Shown here one piece after another: positions 61,024-64,000 of a stretch of DNA of 64,000 bases. Position 1 is the stretch's first letter. Each line of letters starts with the position of its first letter. The stretch is taken from assembly GCA_965219415.1 (NCBI GenBank), contig OZ244742.1, positions 320,001 through 384,000 of the forward strand, in the 5' to 3' direction. Below the pieces are notes generated by a model. The model had not been told where the DNA came from. It searched no databases and saw nothing but the letters and a program-made list of their open reading frames with translations. The position numbers were made by a program, and so were the translations under genes. This DNA is from Candidatus Marinacidobacterales bacterium (GTDB taxonomy: Bacteria > Acidobacteriota > Vicinamibacteria > Marinacidobacterales > DATDRI01).

Positions 61024-62001
61024 ATGTTCATACCCGAATCTTACGGGCTCGCCCTCCTTCTAATGATCATCTGCATGATCTGCTGGGGCTCATGGGCCAA
61101 CACCTATAAGCTCACCAAAGACGTCCGCTTCGAGCTCTTCTACTGGGACTACGCCATCGGAATCTTCGTGATGGCGTTACTTCTCGCCTTCACGCTCGGA
61201 AGCTGGGGAGGCGGTGAGGAAGCCTTCATGCCGAATCTCATGCAAGCCACCGGCTCGCGACTAGGCCTCGCAATGGTGGGAGGGACGGTGTTCAACCTCG
61301 CGAACATCTTGCTCGTCGCTGCCATCGCCATTGCCGGCCTGGCGGTCGCCTTTCCGGTGGCTATCGGAACGGCGCTGGTGGTGGGCACTATCGTGACCTA
61401 CTTGGTCGAACCGAAGGGCGATGTGCGGTTGCTCGCCGTCGGCGTTGTACTCGCGCTCGTTGCCATCATCGCCGATGCCCTCGCCTACAAAGAGCTGGGA
61501 GGTGGGAAGCTCAAAGTCACGAAGAAAGGGATCTGGATCTGCATCGTGAGCGGCCTCCTCATGGGAGGCTGGTCGCCCTTTACCGCGGCGTCCATGGCGT
61601 CCGGCGCCGGTCAGTTGACCCCCTACACGAGCGTGGTCTTCTTCACGTTGGCCGCCCTAGTCTCGACCTTCATCTTCAACATCTACTTCATGGAGAAACC
61701 ATTGGTGGGAGAGCCGGTCTCTTTGTCCGGCTACGTGCAGGGCGCCCCGAGTTGGCATGTTCTGGGCCTCGTCGGCGGTTTCATCTGGTGCGTCGGAACC
61801 GCCTTCAACTTGATCGCCGGTCGTACCGCCGGCTTCGCAATCTCCTACGCCATCGGCCAAAGCGCACCCATGGTTGCCGCCATCTGGGGAATCTTCGTGT
61901 GGAAGGAGTTCGCCGGCGCGAACAACAAGGCAAAGATGTACCTGGCCCTGATGTTTGTTTTCTACGCGGGTGCCATCGCCGCCATCGCCAACGCTTTCTG
62001 A
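61024..62001 (+). CDS. Ureide-permease-like (DMT superfamily) transporter
   Basis: M.CWGSWAN..K...R.ELFYWDY, FNLANILL, SYAIGQ and WGIFVWKEF motifs. Confidence 0.8.
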   Translation: MFIPESYGLALLLMIICMICWGSWANTYKLTKDVRFELFYWDYAIGIFVMALLLAFTLGSWGGGEEAFMPNLMQATGSRLGLAMVGGTVFNLANILLVAAIAIAGLAVAFPVAIGTALVVGTIVTYLVEPKGDVRLLAVGVVLALVAIIADALAYKELGGGKLKVTKKGIWICIVSGLLMGGWSPFTAASMASGAGQLTPYTSVVFFTLAALVSTFIFNIYFMEKPLVGEPVSLSGYVQGAPSWHVLGLVGGFIWCVGTAFNLIAGRTAGFAISYAIGQSAPMVAAIWGIFVWKEFAGANNKAKMYLALMFVFYAGAIAAIANAF

Positions 62002-62015
62002 CCGGACCTCAATCG

Positions 62016-63101
62016 ATGAAACGACTACCGACCCTTTTCGCCGCGCTGCTGGCTGCCGGAATGGTCGCCGACAGCAGTGTCGTCAGCGCTCTGGAGGACC
62101 CTACTGCCCAGAATCCCCGTCGCATCATCCTTGACATCGATCCCGGTATCGACGATGCCATGGCGGTCTTGCTGGCAACGCAGTCACCGGAGCTTCAGAT
62201 CGAGGCCATCACCGTAGTATCGGGAAACGTCATCGTGGACCTGGGTGCGGTCAACGCGCTCAAGCTCGTGGAGCTGGCCGAGCGGCCCGACATCATCGTG
62301 GCCAAAGGAGCGAAGTATCCTCTCCAGCGAAAGCTCATCACCGCGGAGTCGGTTCACGGAAAAAACGGCATGGGAGACATCGAGCTCCCAGCTCCTACCA
62401 AGAAGCTGGACCCACGCCACGCCGTGGAAGTCATCCTCGATATCGTGGACGCGAATCCCGGAGCGATCACACTGGTCCCGGTGGGCCCACTGACTAACAT
62501 CGCGCTGGCACTACTGCAGGACCCGACGCTGCCCGAAAAGGTCCCCGAGATCATACTCATGGGAGGCTCGGTCATTGGGGGCAACGCCAGCCCCGCGGCT
62601 GAAGCCAACATCTATAATGATCCCGAAGCTGCCAAGATCGTCTTCAACTCCGGGATTCCCATCACGATGGTTGGGCTGGGAGCCACATCGCAGGCCAAAC
62701 TAGAACGGCGGCATCTCCCCCAGCTCTCCCGCTCGGGTTCACCCATCGGAAAATTCGTAGCAGACGTCGCCGACTTCTATATCGGTTTTTCGGAGATGCT
62801 AGGCTTCGAGGGATCTGACCTTCACGATCCTCTGGCGGTGGGGATGGCCTTCGACAAGACGTTTGCCAAAAAGATCTGGCCGATGCACATCGACGTCGAG
62901 ACCAAGGGAGAGCTGACCTATGGGGAGACCGTCGCCAACCGATACCTACTGTTGGAAAGCTTCGAGGATGTGGGAGACCACTACGAGATCACGAATTTCC
63001 CCAAGGTAGAGGCGAACACCGACGTGCCGACCGAAGTGGATGGCGATCGGTTCGTGGCCACCTTCGTCGAACGTCTTTCGGCGCCACCGCGGAAGCCATA
63101 G
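62016..63101 (+). CDS. Exported nucleoside hydrolase 2 (canonical IU-NH signature)
   Basis: Signal peptide, DIDPGIDD, HGKNG, GPLTN, AEANI..DPEAA and LHDP motifs. Confidence 0.92.
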   Translation: MKRLPTLFAALLAAGMVADSSVVSALEDPTAQNPRRIILDIDPGIDDAMAVLLATQSPELQIEAITVVSGNVIVDLGAVNALKLVELAERPDIIVAKGAKYPLQRKLITAESVHGKNGMGDIELPAPTKKLDPRHAVEVILDIVDANPGAITLVPVGPLTNIALALLQDPTLPEKVPEIILMGGSVIGGNASPAAEANIYNDPEAAKIVFNSGIPITMVGLGATSQAKLERRHLPQLSRSGSPIGKFVADVADFYIGFSEMLGFEGSDLHDPLAVGMAFDKTFAKKIWPMHIDVETKGELTYGETVANRYLLLESFEDVGDHYEITNFPKVEANTDVPTEVDGDRFVATFVERLSAPPRKP

Positions 63102-63144
63102 GGTCGCAGAGGGCGGAAGCCATAAGCAAAATCGGGAGAGGTCC

Positions 63145-64000
63145 ATGCATCGTTTATCGTTAGTTGCCTTCTTTTTTCTCTTCCTACTGGCCAGCGCCTC
63201 TTCCGGCCAAGAGCGCACCAAGGTCTTCATCGACCAGGACACCTCGGGCCCTGGTGGAACGGATGTCGTGTCCATCGCCATGTTGCTCATGGCCCCAAAC
63301 ATCGAGGTCGTGGGGATCGGCGTGGTTGGCGGCGATGCCTGGCTAGATCAGGCCGTTTATCACACCCTCAAGATCGTGGAGGTTTGTGGCCAGCCGGATG
63401 TTCCGGTGGCGGCCGGATCGGAAGATCCACTTCTTAACAGCGAGGGGGCCATGAACCGTCGCGAAGGCCTATGGGGACCCAAGGAAGGTGACGGATGGCA
63501 CGGCGCGTGGGGCCCCCAAGTCGCGCCGAAGACGACCATTCCCCCGGCCCCAGGCGGCCCCCCGACCATCAAACCCGTGGACAAACACGCCGCGGAGCTC
63601 CTCATCGAGATGGCTCGGAAATATCCCGGCGAGCTGGTACTGTATACTGCGGGCCCGCTTACCAATATCGCTCTCGCAATCCGGATCGCACCGGACATCG
63701 TAGGCAAGATCAAAGCCGTCTATACGATGGGTGGAGCGACCCACGTGAACCACATGTTCAATTTTTGGTGGGACGCCGAGGCGGCCGCGATGCACCTTCG
63801 CGCACCGTGGAAAGACATGGAGCTCACACCCATCGACGTCTGTCACAAGACCCAGATGACGAAGGCGCTGATCGAGCGCATCGCCACCGCGAACACTCCG
63901 CTCGCCAACTACATGAAGGAATCCTATCTGGGACCCAACGTAGACGAGGGGATCTTCACCTTTATGTGGGACGAGCTATCGGCGGCCTCCATCATCGATC
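63145..64000 (+). CDS. Exported nucleoside hydrolase 3 (runs off the window end; absent from the ORF track)
   Basis: Manual translation gives MHRLSLVAFFFLFLLASASSG-QERTKVFIDQDTSGPGGTD...AGPLTNIA...MGG...FNFWWDAEAA...FMWDEL. Confidence 0.9.
   Translation, partial: MHRLSLVAFFFLFLLASASSGQERTKVFIDQDTSGPGGTDVVSIAMLLMAPNIEVVGIGVVGGDAWLDQAVYHTLKIVEVCGQPDVPVAAGSEDPLLNSEGAMNRREGLWGPKEGDGWHGAWGPQVAPKTTIPPAPGGPPTIKPVDKHAAELLIEMARKYPGELVLYTAGPLTNIALAIRIAPDIVGKIKAVYTMGGATHVNHMFNFWWDAEAAAMHLRAPWKDMELTPIDVCHKTQMTKALIERIATANTPLANYMKESYLGPNVDEGIFTFMWDELSAASIID

Noticed and set aside
63089-63126. Short direct repeat GCGGAAGCCATA at the end of NH2
   Set aside because: A 12-bp local duplication with no sign of an associated element or function.

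Overview
Bacterial chromosomal segment, GC-rich (about 60% by eye). Gene content points to a diderm and is most consistent with Acidobacteriota (inference). It holds housekeeping genes (rnc, mnmA, iscS, glpX, tsaC, xerD, murJ, fadE), several Ser/Thr signalling genes (two kinases, a PP2C phosphatase, two FHA proteins) and envelope proteins. Three IS elements (two IS256, one IS30) each sit in a gene. A 10-gene Mrp-like operon with extra NuoL- and NuoM-like subunits is bracketed by about 31-bp inverted repeats. The most notable region is the right end (49.9-64 kb), a putative riboside/nucleoside-scavenging locus: TonB-dependent receptor, TPR protein, CblS-like (alpha-ribazole kinase-like) protein, ADP-ribosylglycohydrolase, CRTAC1/ASPIC-UnbV protein, DMT and ureide-permease-like transporters, and three signal-peptide-bearing nucleoside hydrolases with different active-site signatures. 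Other observations are a small His/Tyr-rich lipoprotein and two dispersed repeat families. Many genes carry frameshifts or in-frame stops, which could be long-read consensus errors or real decay. No rRNA, tRNA or CRISPR array was recognised. All family assignments come from motif recognition by eye, not from database searches.
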